From: Paragordius varius
Lineage: Eukaryota > Animalia > Nematomorpha
Direction of reading: 5' to 3'
NCBI GenBank assembly: GCA_964247055.1
Contig: OZ176055.1
Coordinates: 2,604,001-2,668,000, forward strand
Length of the DNA: 64,000 bases
Below, piece by piece: positions 14,230-37,425 of the stretch (positions within the stretch are counted from its first letter, which is position 1; each line of letters starts with the position of its first letter). The translations under genes and the position numbers were made by a program. The notes under the pieces are model-generated. The model saw only the letters and a program-made list of their open reading frames with translations. It had not been told where the DNA came from and made no database searches.

Positions 14230-14480
14230 TAGTCTTATAGCGCATGATAAAAATTTTTTTAAAAAAATGCAGAATTGCAAAAAAATCTCATCTCAAATTT
14301 TCGCCGCCATTTGGATTATTTAAATCGTAAAAATTTTTAACCTAATAACATTATCTCATTTTTTTATATTTTAGATAATAAAATCAGGTGTTTGCAAATC
14401 TTGTTCTGGAATCATCCGGATTCGGGGACTATAGAAGTTAAACTGTAAAAATTAGTTTTAAATCTAATACAGGAAATGAG
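14230..14480. repeat. Copy of an old interspersed repeat family, probably DNA-transposon derived
   Basis: Motif AAAAATCCTCATCTCAAACTTTTCGCCGCCATT and downstream AGAAGTT..AAACTGTAAAAA..TCTAATA recur near 19960, 23625, 53560-53810 and, inverted, at 63700-63870. Confidence 0.6.
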
Positions 14481-16248
14481 GGTTGAATATTTGATTTTTA
14501 ATGAAAACAAATTTCCAAATAGGTTGTAACGACTTAAAGCTGGAATAATTCAAAACGTCATTGTTTATACAAAAATAAAATTTAATGAAGTGTTAAAAAC
14601 GGATAACTAACGTTAAACAGTTGATTTAAATAATTATTCCCAAAAATTATAAAGTAAAGGAGAACGAAGAAGTTAGAGGAATCTAACAAAAATTAATTAA
14701 TAATATTATTAATTTTGCTGATATTACATCATATTATTCTAAAACAGCCTAAGGCAATATTAATTAAGCTGTTTTAAATGGAAAATTAGACACTAATCGT
14801 CTTTAATCTGTGCCATGTTTGGACCTATTTAAGAGTAAAGGGAAATAACATTGGTTCTTATCAAAATAATATATGTTGTGAATATTCAAAAATTAAAATT
14901 ATTTATTAGTTATTGAGACCCTTTTTAGGTGCGAGGCTCAGAGGTAAAATAGTTCTTGAGTTGCAAAAATTATCTTCCCCAAAATGGATTATATGTGTAC
15001 AGAATCGCAAAAAAAGTCAATATAAACGGTATAAATATTTTCCCTTTTAAAGGGCTTGAGAGGAACCATAAAGTTTTTAAAACTAAAATCTCAGGATCGA
15101 CAATCGTGATGGAATGTGATATTGCCGTCATTATTTTCATATTTAACGGGTTCTATGCCTTAAATCCCGATTAATAAACCCTCAACTCGACAAAATACTG
15201 TTTATTTCATGATTTTAAAAATAATCATTGCAATTATACTTTTCTACCCGTTTTTATATGTAAATGGATATAATTAAAATTTGAATTGAATAAGATCAGT
15301 GTCCCGTAAAACTCCTGCTTAGGCGTACCGTCACTGATTTACTTATATTTTTGGTTTGTTAATTGAAAAAATTTGTAATGCTTTAAAAATACAATACTTT
15401 TTCAGCCAAGAGATTGCATATAGTTATACTTGAAAAATGTAAAATATCCGCATTTTTCATATTTATCGATGCTTAAAAATTGATCAATTTATATGTAATT
15501 TTTGATATTGTTTGAAAAAGATAGTGCTCCCTATATATTAATTCCATTTTTTTACAATGTTTTATATCGAAACATAAACGATTTTTAATCATTTAAACAT
15601 TATAGTTCCGATATGTCTCTCAAACTACATCATATTTATACCAATTTATGGTTGTATAAAATAAAATAAATTAAATTGTCAAAATTAGGCAATATCTATA
15701 CATATTTACACGCGAGCAGTACAATAGTATAATCAGCAGAAATATCTCAGGAATTTTCTTATTAATACCAACATAAAAAACCAATAGTAGGAATGCAACA
15801 TGTTGGAATGTATAAAACAAATTCTTTTTACCAAAAAAGCGGGAACGAGATTACCAAAATTAGGAATGTTGTCACCTTACAGTCTCATGCCTTTTAGATA
15901 TTTAAAAACTATGTATGTATATGTGTTTTATACAAATCTAAAAATCAATAATTTTTGGCCCCCTTAACATTTTACACATATGGTGTGTGTGTTGTTGTGT
16001 ACAATCCTATATATATCCATATTACAAATTATATAGAATATTTTTGATTACAGGAAAAACGATTAAAATGCCTTTAAAATAAAATATTTAGTGTGACAAT
16101 TACATAAAATAATAGAGATATCATAATAAGAATGAATAATTTAGGGTAAATATTTTTAATGGCAAATGTCAAAAAATTCTTAAATTCTAAGCCAGCAAGA
16201 AAGTATGTGAGGTATTTCAGGAAGAATAGACTTTTAGCAGCCCAAATA

Positions 16249-16934
16249 GGGGGCTTCTTAAACTATGGGTCGCGAGCCCATTTGGAGTCGCGTAGAAAAA
16301 TTATGCGGTCGCGAGTGATAAAAATACAATTTAACAAAAAATGTTTTTTAAACTTGTAAAATTATTGTTATAAAGTACAATAACAATCAGCGTAGATAAA
16401 TATATCATAAAAACTTCTAGTTCGGAAAGGAGGTTTATACCAACATTTTTATTCCGATCATTATAATATCTTGCAGAAAATTAATATGAATCAGAAAATG
16501 TTATAGAAATTTTATATAAAATGTAGTTTATTTTTGTAAATCTCTTAAAACTGAAATAAGAGCCCTGCCCTTAACAGTCGCTTATTTTCAAAACTCTGTA
16601 AGGATACGGATTCCAACTATACAACTTTGTTATTACATGCAGAAGTAAGATAGTTGTGAAGAGGTCAAAGTTTTTAAAAATTATTGTTATTAAAAAACGA
16701 AATAGAATTTTTAACTGAACGAAAATGTGAATTTGCTGCTTTTTTTCAAAATGACTTGTGGCTATCCAAGCTGTGTTATTTGTGAAATATTTTTGCGATA
16801 AACGATCTTACTTATCTATTGTTACCTAATAAATATATCATAAAAAATTTATTTTTCATTTATATTTGTTGGGGTCGTTAAGAAACTCGCAATTATAAAT
16901 GGGATCGGGAATTATAAAAGTTTAAGAAGCCCTG
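16249..16934 (+). mobile_element. hAT-type MITE (about 690 bp)
   Basis: Terminal inverted repeats GGGCTTCTTAAACT ... AGTTTAAGAAGCCCTG. The left 250 bp is homologous to the element at 21449-22953. TSD not clearly preserved. Confidence 0.7.
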
Positions 16935-18646
16935 GATTAGACCTATAAGATTAACCAGTCATCAAAATTAATAAAAATATGATGTAAATTCAATTTTTTA
17001 TTTATTACTCATTTTCGTTTTTTATTTGGTTAAAACTCTTTAGTCATTTGTAGTTACTTTTTTTCTGTATTTGAATATTTACAATTTCGACTATAAACTT
17101 CACCTATACCTTGCTATGCTCCTTTTTTCTTTATACGATGTAATTTTTGTCTTTTGAATAAATTATAAAAAAATAAAATTTATATTTAATTTAGTTCGGT
17201 TTGCGAAAATATATTTATGATAAATTTGAAGTTAAGATATCATATTAATTATTCATTCACGCAAAGTTAAATAATATCCATATGTGAGTACATATATTAC
17301 CTAAAATTTTTTTTAGATAATGATGTCTTTCTATCCCTTATTTTTCCCTTAAAATGACACAATTTTTTAGAGTTAATTACACATAAATATTTATGCATTA
17401 CACTGCTCAACAAGGTTTTGCACCACCCCATTATTTTTGCATTTTCTAATACCTAATGGCATGGAAAGGCCAAAACAAAAAAGAAAATTGAGGCCACCAA
17501 TAGGATTTTTCCAAAATTTAATTTTTAAATTTGTATTTAATTCAAAAATAACAATCATTCTTCGTGCACATATGTTTAAATATTCAAACGAGCAAGTCGA
17601 TACAAGTAATATTCCATGCATGGATAACAAATTCTAGGCATTAAATAAGATACTAAACAAGAGCCAAAGTATTAAAAATCTAAAAGAGGCTTATGTATAG
17701 TGTGATAGATCCGGGCGGCTGTACAAGCTCTGCATATCCCCCAAGCCATCCTATAATTATGCCAAATGTGGCAAAGATAACAAGTAATCGTAAAGTCCGA
17801 TAAGAGAGACTTGCAAGCAAAATCCAGGCGAATTAACATGTCAAATTAACCAATTTACAGAATAAAGTTGGATAAATTCTACATTTAAATTGAATATAAA
17901 TTAGGTAAATACAAATGGTCCAATCCCATAACAGTAAATTCTACTAAAAGTGGCTACACAACATCCATCTGATATTCAAAACACAAAACAACCAATAAAT
18001 TTAAAAAAAATAAGGTATATCCACTAGGTATAAATAAAGGATTTTTTATAAGAACCAACTCAAGAGAAAAAGTCTAATAAGTACTCAAAAGAACGAAAAC
18101 TAACAAAAAAAATATAGTCTATCTGAAAGCCGAAGGTTTAAACCATAGAATGCCTTTTTTAGTATTTTTTTAAAAAATTTTTATATGTGTTAAAAATTCA
18201 CTTGAAAAAAAAGACTAAATTTTGACGTTTAAGTCCGTACTATTTTTTTCTCTCTGATATTTAAATGACATATTTATATTCAAAAGATAGAGTTTAAAAC
18301 GCTTTATTATATGATATTAAGTTTATAATATAATAACATTTTATTATAAAGTTATATTTAATTTTCTTTCGATTTTCTCTTGTTTTTGAAAAATTGAAAA
18401 ACCTATAATATTTCAAAATTCCGATTGGCGGGATTAAAATTTTTTTTAAATTCGGTTTTAAAACACTGAAATTAGTCATAATTTAAAAAGTTTGAGTGGT
18501 GGTGCCTAAAAATGTTCAAATTTGTTGACTAGTGTTATTAAAAACACCCTAAAATAATCCGAATATGTTAATTGGTATATAGAAGTTATTTTATACCATG
18601 AAACTTTTTAAGCCAAAAAATAGTAATGAAACACTATTTTATTGTA

Positions 18647-18670
18647 TACCTACCTACCTGCTACCTGCCC
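18647..18670. promoter_or_regulatory. Tandem ZEB-type sites far upstream of ZEB
   Basis: TACCTACCTACCTGCTACCTGCCC contains two TACCTG. CTACCTGCCC also occurs at 6379-6388 in ZEB intron 3, next to a CACCT. Confidence 0.35.
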
Positions 18671-18708
18671 TTTCATAAATCATTTTTAAATTTTATCAGA
18701 GTTTACAA

Positions 18709-18739
<31 letters not shown>

Positions 18740-21448
18740 AACATAATTTTTTTGACAGTATTTATATTATTTGATAATATTTTGAATGTACATTGCTAAC
18801 ATAATAATATTTATAAATAATTTTGAAATATAATATAGATATCTATATTAATTACCTTTAAAACATACACCCCTTATTAACTTTGGTAGAATGATCGCAA
18901 TCAAAAAAATTTGCCACATTCCATATTTTTATATAACAGTTTATGAAATCAAATAGAATTTACCTTTTAACAAATAATAATTTTTAATAGCCACTAATCC
19001 AAGCAATGACCCTTTAAGAAGAAAGAGATGTTATTAAATGGTTAAATATTTTTAAATGCATTTTTGTAACATTTCAATTGTGCCATATAAGTGTGTAAAA
19101 AAAGATTTCACCTATAATTAAAATAAGTATATTTAATTGCAATTATATTTTAGCATAATCCTTCATCACCTGAAGTGTGCCAATTAAGATATATCAAATT
19201 TATTAGCACTAAAGAATTTTTGATATCAAATTATTTGTATAAGGATTTTAAATTTCAATTGAAAAATGCATTAATCATTTTATATACTATTTACCAGCAT
19301 ATCCTTTCGAGTGTATTTTAGAAAGATAATATAATAATAGTAAAAATATTTTACAGAAATATCATACTACCTGCAGTATATTTTACTAATATGTATATAT
19401 CCTATAGGTAGATTAACATTTTTCATTACTCAAAACTCATGTCGCATTTTTTTGATAAAATTTTTGTTCTTAAACCCATTTCTAATCGCATTATTTTCTA
19501 GATGACAATTTTTGGTTAAAATGTCAAATTCATCAACAGAAAACTGGTTATTGCAGAATAGACCCAACAAAACTTATCGAATTAAACAATTGTATTTGCA
19601 GAGTTTTTGTATAATTTTTATTATAAGTTTAAATAGATAAAATTTGGTTCGATAATAAAAAAAATATGCTTGTGTTGATAATATTAGAAAAGCGATGGAT
19701 TGAAAACAGAGGACGATACGCCCCTTCTGAGTCAAATGCATGACCTGCATCATGACCCTTTTTATGTATTAAAACCGGGGGTATACTCAATAGTTTTCGC
19801 ATATATAATAATTTAAGAAATCTAATTTATAACTCCATTACCTTATGGCGTAGATACCAAAGAGATAAAAATTTTAAACATTATAAAAAGTATTAAAGGT
19901 TTCAAACCAAATAAATATGCATTCTTTACTTTGGCGCATGTTTCAACTAGAGTTGCAAAAAAATCCTCATCTCAAACTTTTCACCGCCATTTCGTTTTCT
20001 TTGGATTTTTTTGAATCAATACATGAGGCAATCTAATAATTATATAATTATTACTTTAGAAAGCTTTGTAAATTGTATTTACCAGCAAATTTATTCATTT
20101 TATATGCTGTTTGTTTCAATCATGTTTTGCTATTTCAAGTTAAAGCTCCTAAATGAAATAGTAAAAAATATAAGTTTTTTATCTAATACAAAAGAACACT
20201 GTTTAATAACAGCAGACAACAAATTTTGACTTTTTTAAGCGTTATTCTTGTAAATTTAAAATTTATTTCATTAAAGGACATAAATAGTATATCTGAAAAA
20301 AAAATTTTCCATCACCTAAGAATTTTTTTTAAATAGGGTTTATCGATAATTTTTAGCCCTTATTTAATATTAAAATCAAAATTTTCAAAATTTAAAGTTT
20401 TAGATATATAAGCATATATTATATATCATTTGAAAGAGCGAAAAAAACTTAATTTTTCGAATGGTAGTAAGTCACTTAAATCATTCTGATGTAAAAATTA
20501 TTTGGCTTTATATGGTCAAATTCAATCATAAGTCAAAATTTTCACAAACATATTAATATAAAAATAATATAAATTATTTTAATATTGGTACTAGGGTCAC
20601 ATTATAAAATTTGAAAAAAAATCCTTGAAAAAGATTTTGGTTAATGATTATTTTGAAAATCATTTTACCTAGTGGATACTAAAAGGTATAGCTATAACTG
20701 TAAATTTTTTACATAATGGTAATAAAAGATCAAGAATACATTAAACTATTTTAAGTCTATTATGAAATTATAAGCCTACTAAAAAAATAAATATTGATAT
20801 GATGGTAATTTTTAAAAACAAAAAATTAAAAATTGCTGTTTTGAAGGATATAAAAGCAATAAATAAGTGTTTTAATTAAAAATATTTTCTTGTATTATCC
20901 ATTTTAGACATTGAGTGGCATATACACAAATTTTGAGCTATTTCATCCATTAGTTTTGAAAATATATTAATTAAGAAAAACAATCTCGCTTTGCAGGTTT
21001 TTCGCTTAGTGTGTTCAAAATTAACTATTGATGTAAAACATATTAATATGATTATTGCTATTAAAATTCATCTAAAATTATATGAATTTATTGTGAATTT
21101 TGGATTACTACTAGTAATCTTTGTCAAACGTAAAATAAATTAAAATATAAATTAAAATATAAACTAAAATTTAAGCATAAAGTAAAAATATTTAATGAGA
21201 TATGAAACTAAATTTTATAGTTCTATTACTCTTTCGAATAATGTTTACACATGGGTATTTGCTGTATATTTTAAAAGGAAACATTTTTTAGTAAATTTTG
21301 ATAAAGAGGGCGCATAATCATAAAAAAATATTTCCAAAATTCTTAGGTGGAATTATTATTATTATTTCAGTCTGTTATATAATAATATCAGAAAATGCAA
21401 ATAACACGAGTTACAGAAAAATTTGTTGTCTAGTCTATTAGTTTAGAC

Positions 21449-22953
21449 CAGGGTAAATTTTTTATAAATTTCTATAACATTTTTTGATTCATTGTAAATT
21501 TCTATAAGATACTAGTTGACCCTGTCACGCTTCGGTGTGGCGTAGTCTCACCGATAATTATTCTTAATAATTTGCACTAAATAGAGTTAATAGAGATAAA
21601 AAAATACTAATAATCATATTTAATAAAAAGACTTTAATTATTCTTTTACGGGTTTTTGTTTTTGCATAGGCTCAAATATTGTGAAATTAACCATAATTAA
21701 TCTATCCTTTATTAAAAAAATTTTTAACTATCATTGGATTTATTTTAGAATTTTCGTTTTACAAAATCATGATTAAAAGTTCTAATTATAAATTGTGTTC
21801 ATACAGAAATCAAGGGATATATTTCTTTTTAAAGGAAAGAATGATATTATACAAATTCCTCAGAAATGTGTGTAATTGAACTCGTATGGCTTCTTAATTT
21901 TATTCAAAATTAGCTCCAAAACTACGCTATTTTGTATGGCGTCTCAGTTTTAAACCGTGGACCCCTACACATAGACCTATATGGAAAAAGCGCTGAGTAT
22001 TTTTTGCCTTTATAGGGCAATATTTGGAATCATCTTTAATACGATCGTCTCATGGGTTATTCGAAAAAATTCAACACTAAATAATCGCCATATGATGGCG
22101 TCTTAGGGCATAAATGCTTCAAATTAACGGCTAATAAAAAAACCCGACCTTAATTTTATACCTAGATACGGATTATATTTCGAGTTTTTAATGACCTCAT
22201 ATGGCTTCATAAATTTTCGGTAAATTAGCTCCAAAACAACGCAATTATATAGTGGCGCAGTTTTAGCGGCTATCTGTTTACCCAGCAGCCAATATTAAAA
22301 AACGCAAGACTAAATTTTTTTGCCTTTTAATGGAGAATAACTCGAATCCTCAGTGAATTTTTACGGTCTCATACCCTGGGCAAAAAATTTAGTTTTTTAA
22401 AAAAAATGGCATTTTACGGGGGGAACGGGTAAAAAGAGAGCCTAAATTAAAAAAGTAAGCCGACTAGGTTCGGCGCAATAGAAAAAAAGTAAAAATAATC
22501 ATATTTGAAATCGAATGGTACAACGGGTTTTCCAGAAAATTGACTCAAATACAAGATTTTTCTGGACTTTTGTTTTCAATAAAACCCGTTTTTTACACGG
22601 GGTGGGCCGAACTGGGAGCCTAATTCAAAAAAGGGCGAAGCTATTGTCGGGACATTCATCATTGATTATATTTTTTTACATTTGGATTCGGAATGGGTCT
22701 ACCGGTTTTCCGGAAACAGATCACAAAGCCAGCATTTTACATTTTTATAAATATATAGATTATAATGATCGGAATAGAAATGGTGGTATAAACAGTCTTT
22801 CCGAACCAGAAGATTTTATATATTTATCTACAATGATTGTTCTTTTTCTTATAACAATAATTTTACAAGTTATAAACATTTTTTGTTAAATTGTATTTTT
22901 ATAACTCGCGTGCCCATAATTTTGCTACGTGACCCATAGTTTAAGAAGCCCTA
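21449..22953 (-). mobile_element. hAT (Buster-like) MITE interrupted by a Helitron
   Basis: Perfect 8-bp TSD GTTTAGAC at 21441-21448 and 22954-22961, with central TA. Ends are TAGGGCTTCTTAAACT (minus) and a truncated CAGGG. Segments 22761-22953 and 21456-21511 join to match the copy at about 16250-16520. Confidence 0.85.
21512..22759 (-). mobile_element. Non-autonomous Helitron, complete copy A (1248 bp)
   Basis: On minus, A|TCTATATATTTATAAAAATG at the 5' end and CCGAAGCGTGACAGGGTCAACTAG|T at the 3' end; inserted at AT with no TSD. Colinear with 37426-39431. Confidence 0.85.
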
Positions 22954-23999
22954 GTTTAGACAAAACCACTCTCAAAAGAGGAGTTTATTTACAAAATTAA
23001 GCTCTTGGGCAGTGGCACTCACCAAAAAAATTAAACGGCCCCAAAAAATATTTATTTTGTTTCAAGAGCTATGCGCCCTATAATATCAATAAAAAAATAT
23101 AGTTATTTGTCACATTTTCATATATTTATATTCAAAAATATTAATTTTTTTTTAAAAAAATCAGACCATGAAATAAGGCTTGAGCGGCGGTCAGAGTATC
23201 ACTGCTTTAGCGTATAGATCTGTCTCGAAATAAAATCGTCTACAAAAAAATGAAAAGTCAAGGAACCGTTAAGGGTAATATGTGACGTATATAATTTTTA
23301 ACGGTCTTAAAACAACCCTTTACCGAACAATTAATGGTGTTAATTAGACAAAATGGATATAATTTAGAAAAAATTATTAAAAATTTATATTTTAAAGTGA
23401 ACGATATAAATTTAAAAAATTTAAGGTAAAATGTATTTTTATTAACCTTTTTCCAAATTTTACGTGATATTTTATAGTGGAAAACACTCATACCTTTTTG
23501 GGAGTTTCCTGCCCAAGAGCGATTTCACGTATAATTAACTCTAAAATGTATTATAATATTTTGCCTTTTACAATATGCATTCTATGGTTCAGGCGATTTA
23601 TATAAATCGAAAAATTTAAAATAAAAAATCCTCATCTCAAACTTTATTTTTTTATCTTTCATTAAATAATATAAAGGCAATACAAATCATGGTTAAAAAT
23701 AATATAATTAAAATGTTTCTGTTAGATGATTAACGAACTGTTTTGTTTTTATAGGTGGATATTGCCTTGAACTAGGTATATTAAAAGATTGAATCCATAT
23801 GATCTCATAGTTGAAAAATGGTTGCCAGGCAATTCATAGATGGTGGTGTATTTAACATAAGGTCAGGCCAGATAAAAGGGTTATTACAAAGTGATATACT
23901 ATATTTTTGCAAATTTCTATCACAACCTTAATTTAACTTGACAGTTTCAGTCTGCACAAGACAAATCATTATGTAATCCATATGGTCACATAAGTTTTA

Positions 24000-24767
24000 T
24001 GAAAATTAGTTTTAAAGCCATGATATTTTTTATGGCGCTAACATAGGATGGAGATTTACCAAGCTCATTTTGTAAAAGCACTTACCAAACCTTTCTATTG
24101 GAAATGGCAAAACCTCATTGAATCCATAGATATTTTTCCGAAAACCACGATCGGTATCACTATTTTTACGTGGTTGCCGGTCGATCTCTAACCAAACCTT
24201 AATTTTAATTTTATATTAATACACAAAATCAGTATTGGTTTGTTATAGTCTCATAACTTTGGCGTAAGATTCCTTCTAACATTTATTTTAATGTCATTTT
24301 ATGGCGGAGGCGGATAAAATTTGAAAAAGGGGCCGATTGTGATCGGCGCATGATAATTATGTTACAGATTTGAGTCCACAAGTTTTTCGGGTAATTGTCT
24401 CAAAGAAAAAATTTCTGTTCTGCATTTTTTCAAACCCCTATTTTTACATTGGATGTCACTTAATTAAAGAGTTGTTGGAAAAAGCTGCTCAACTATATTT
24501 GGTCTTAAGAAACTAAAAATTTTCCCATTTTTAATTTGATTGGGTATACCGTTTTTCAGAAAATTGTTTCAAACTCACTACATCTTTATAATTATAAAAA
24601 CACTCATATTACGCACCGGTGTAAGGTAATCTATATAAAATATTTTCTAAACAATTTCATGGACCAGGTGCATTTATAATAATATATCCTTTATTTTATC
24701 AGAATGGCCTCTATATTTTTCATAATAGCAAAATCTAGCATTCTACATTTTTATAAATGTATATAGA
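24000..24767 (-). mobile_element. Degenerate Helitron copy D, 5' portion
   Basis: A|TCTATATACATTTATAAAAATG 5' end at 24767. Internal matches AATTGTCTCAA and ATTTGATTGGGTATACCG to copies A and C. Left boundary approximate. Confidence 0.55.
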
Positions 24768-25319
24768 TGACTGCAGGTACGAAATAGGGCAATTTTGTGT
24801 TCGAAGGATCATCTTTTAAATATTAAAACGTAGTGACAAAATAGGGCATTTTTGTGTTTTATACAGGACCATATTTTAAAATATCTAACATCATTACGCT
24901 TTCTCGACTAGCATGTGGAAGAATATATTGTGTGATTGATGACCTTGGATTAAGGTTTTTCTAAATGCGATGGCGCATAGAATCAAATTTAAAACAGCTA
25001 GTTATAAAAATGTATGGGTCAATAATTGAGTTTGAATGGGGTTGGACTGTCCCAGGAAATTTTTCAAGATACACGAATTTTCGCTTCGAAGTGGATATTA
25101 CATTGTGCCGTGCAATGGAACACCATTAGAAAATTCATATTCTTCCATATAAAAATGGTTAAATTTTTTGATAGTTAACTGGTAAAAACTTATAGGCGGA
25201 AGGGGGAGGCTACACTCCAGTGCTTATTGATCTTGAATTGATTCGGCGCCGAAAAGTGGTTTAGCCAATATATGGGAAATTCCAAAATCCATTTCCCATA
25301 TATTTTTTAAAAATTGCTT

Positions 25320-25520
25320 CAAAGCTGTTATTTTTATATGGCGGTGTATTCAACATAGGGCGTACGAAACAAAAGACTAAAATTTTTGCTTATATACGGC
25401 AAATAGCTAAAACATTATTAATTTTATATGGCCTCATGAAATTTTTTCAATTATTTTCAAAGCCACATTCGTTTTGCATAGTGGCGCATTATGTAGGGTA
25501 CCCTTCAAAGAGGCTAATTC
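25320..25520 (-). mobile_element. Degenerate internal fragment of the same Helitron family
   Basis: ATGGCCTCATGAAATTTT...ATAGTGGCGCA matches the internal repeat unit of copy A at about 22200-22260. Confidence 0.5.
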
Positions 25521-25905
25521 AAAAGAGAGATAAACTAAACTCCTGTACTCATATTGGAAATACTCATTAATTTAAAGTCCCATTAATTGGGCGATAAATA
25601 TCACATCAAAAATTTATTGTTGGGGACATATTTTTAAAACCTTTATTATAACATGAAAAAGCTTAGAGGATTATATATTAAAACAGGCTCAACTAAGCGC
25701 ATTTTATAAATAAACATTGGAATGGGTGTGAACATTTTCCAAAATATTACATATGTTTACATTTTTAATTAAATTTTGAAAGATATAAGTTACTGCTTTA
25801 AAGTTTTAAATTAAGCAAATAATACCACTCATGTTAGATTTTGAATTTCGCGCGGATCTCAAATACTGGTTTTAGTTAACATTAATTTATTTATAAATAA
25901 TTAAT

Positions 25906-26324
25906 TTATACATTTTGTGTAGATATTTTATGTAATTTATGAGATAAATTAGCAGCAAATTTGCTTCTATACTTTGGACTTAATGCATTTAAAAGGGATT
26001 GAAAGCTCTCATAAAATTGAGAGTTGTCATCACAATATTCATGATCAATTTGGTTCATTTTACTGGAAACAACATGCCATCCTTTGGTAGTTAATTGTAT
26101 GCAATATGTTTTATCCTCCAGCGTCCGTAAATTGAGATAAATTCGTGTTTGCGAGTCCTTGCTCAAAGGTTCTGATATATCAAGTTGATGAACATATTCT
26201 TTAAATTCGACACAAGCTCCTTTAGCTTCATAATGTAAAGATTTCAAGTTGCCATCCACGGAATCCTAAAAATAAAATATATTTTTACATCATCCAGAGT
26301 GTGGTTTTTGCTGTTATCACTCAT
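25906..26324 (-). CDS. GSKIP: GSK3-beta interacting protein (GSKIP, DUF727), about 131 aa
   Basis: Exon 26265-25906 encodes LHYEAKG..IYLNLRTLEDKTYCIQLTTKGWHVV..YESFQSLLNALSPKYRSKFAANLSHKL, which fits GSKIP (xINxxTxExxxYCLELTxxG, LLxxLSPxYRxxF). It is preceded by a TTTTTAG acceptor. The 5' exon 26324-26289 (MSDNSKNHTLDD) is in phase but implies a 23-nt intron and is tentative. Confidence 0.88.
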
Positions 26325-26369
26325 TCACAAGCGCATATTTTTTTGGATTGATAACATCCCTAGCTAAGT

Positions 26370-36099
<9,730 letters not shown>

Positions 36100-37425
36100 T
36101 TTCATGATCAATTATGATGCATTAACCAATTTACACCAAAATAATTTTTTTAATTTAAGTTTTATATTATACGGAATAACAATAATTTATATATGATTTA
36201 CTTTTTAAAACTTTATAAAACAATATCCAAAAATATTGCAATATTATTTCATCCAATTATTAAATTTGGGATTTTGTTGCAATACGATTTAATTTTGTTC
36301 TTTTGATTGAAAATATGAATATTTTTTTTGCAATCAAAAGCTTACGTATGTTATTATGATTTGAGTAAATTTATTAGTTATCTATACAATAAATTATTGT
36401 CAATAAATACAGTAATTATTCATTTGTAAAAAATATAATTAGTGTTAATTTTCATCTCTATTCCATATATATAATTTAAAACAATAAGTAATTACAAAAT
36501 ATCGTTTTTTTTTAAAAATAATGACTTTTAGTTTTTAAATCTTGTCTTCATAATTTTATTTTAATTATAAATGTGAAATGCTGATTTTATAATATATGGA
36601 GCCTTTTTAGATAGAGCCTCAGCGCACCCTCCTTAAAATATTTTAAAAAATAAATTAAGGCCAATTTTTCGCAAAGCGCGTAATTTGATATCTTCTGGCT
36701 TCAACGCTTAATATGATTTTTTGAAAAATGTAGTTTTCCCAAAATCAGGTTTAAAGCAATTTTTTAGGTTTAAAGTCCATTAAAATTTAATTATAGTTTT
36801 GATTATTTTGTTTATTGTTCCTATTAAAGTAGTTATTATTAAAAATAGTCTTTATGTCGTAATCAGATTTAAATTTTTATACAATTCTACAACAGTCGAT
36901 GCGTTAGAATCCTATATTAAAATTATCGATATTATTATTTTATCAAATGCAAAATTCTAATTCTTTTTTATACTTAATCTATGTATTTTCGTTAAAGCGC
37001 TAAGCTCCTTCGAAATTAATATAATCTTGTATAATTTACATATAAATATATATATACACAGCTTTATTTTCAATGTTTCTTTCATCAACTCTATAGTCCA
37101 CACCTCGTAATGAAACATACCAAATTTAGGGTAAAGATGAAGTTTTTGCAAATTTTGTATTTTTACTCAATTTAGTAATTAAAACGGGTGGGGATATAGT
37201 AACCTTATCCATGGCGGAGAATTTAACCGTAAATTCAAAAACCTTCTGAAAGATATCCACAGTGAGTTTGATGATTATCTTTTGTACACCGAGGGCTAAG
37301 CCTTAGCAAAGTATTATATAGATCTTTTGTTTTAGGAAATGAAATTCTATTATTTAGAAAGATAATAGAAAGTTTGACGAGTTAATAGTGACAAATGGTT
37401 GTTTTATTAGCCTAACTTTGCCACA

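Noticed and set aside
17390-18100. Possible Penelope/GIY-YIG or LINE remnant (YPLGIN-like peptide)
   Set aside because: Only one short motif amid many stops; no RT motifs recognisable by eye.
22515-22889. 124-aa ORF as a gene captured by the Helitron
   Set aside because: It straddles the Helitron/hAT-MITE junction, is antisense to the Helitron, and is not kept open in copies B or C.
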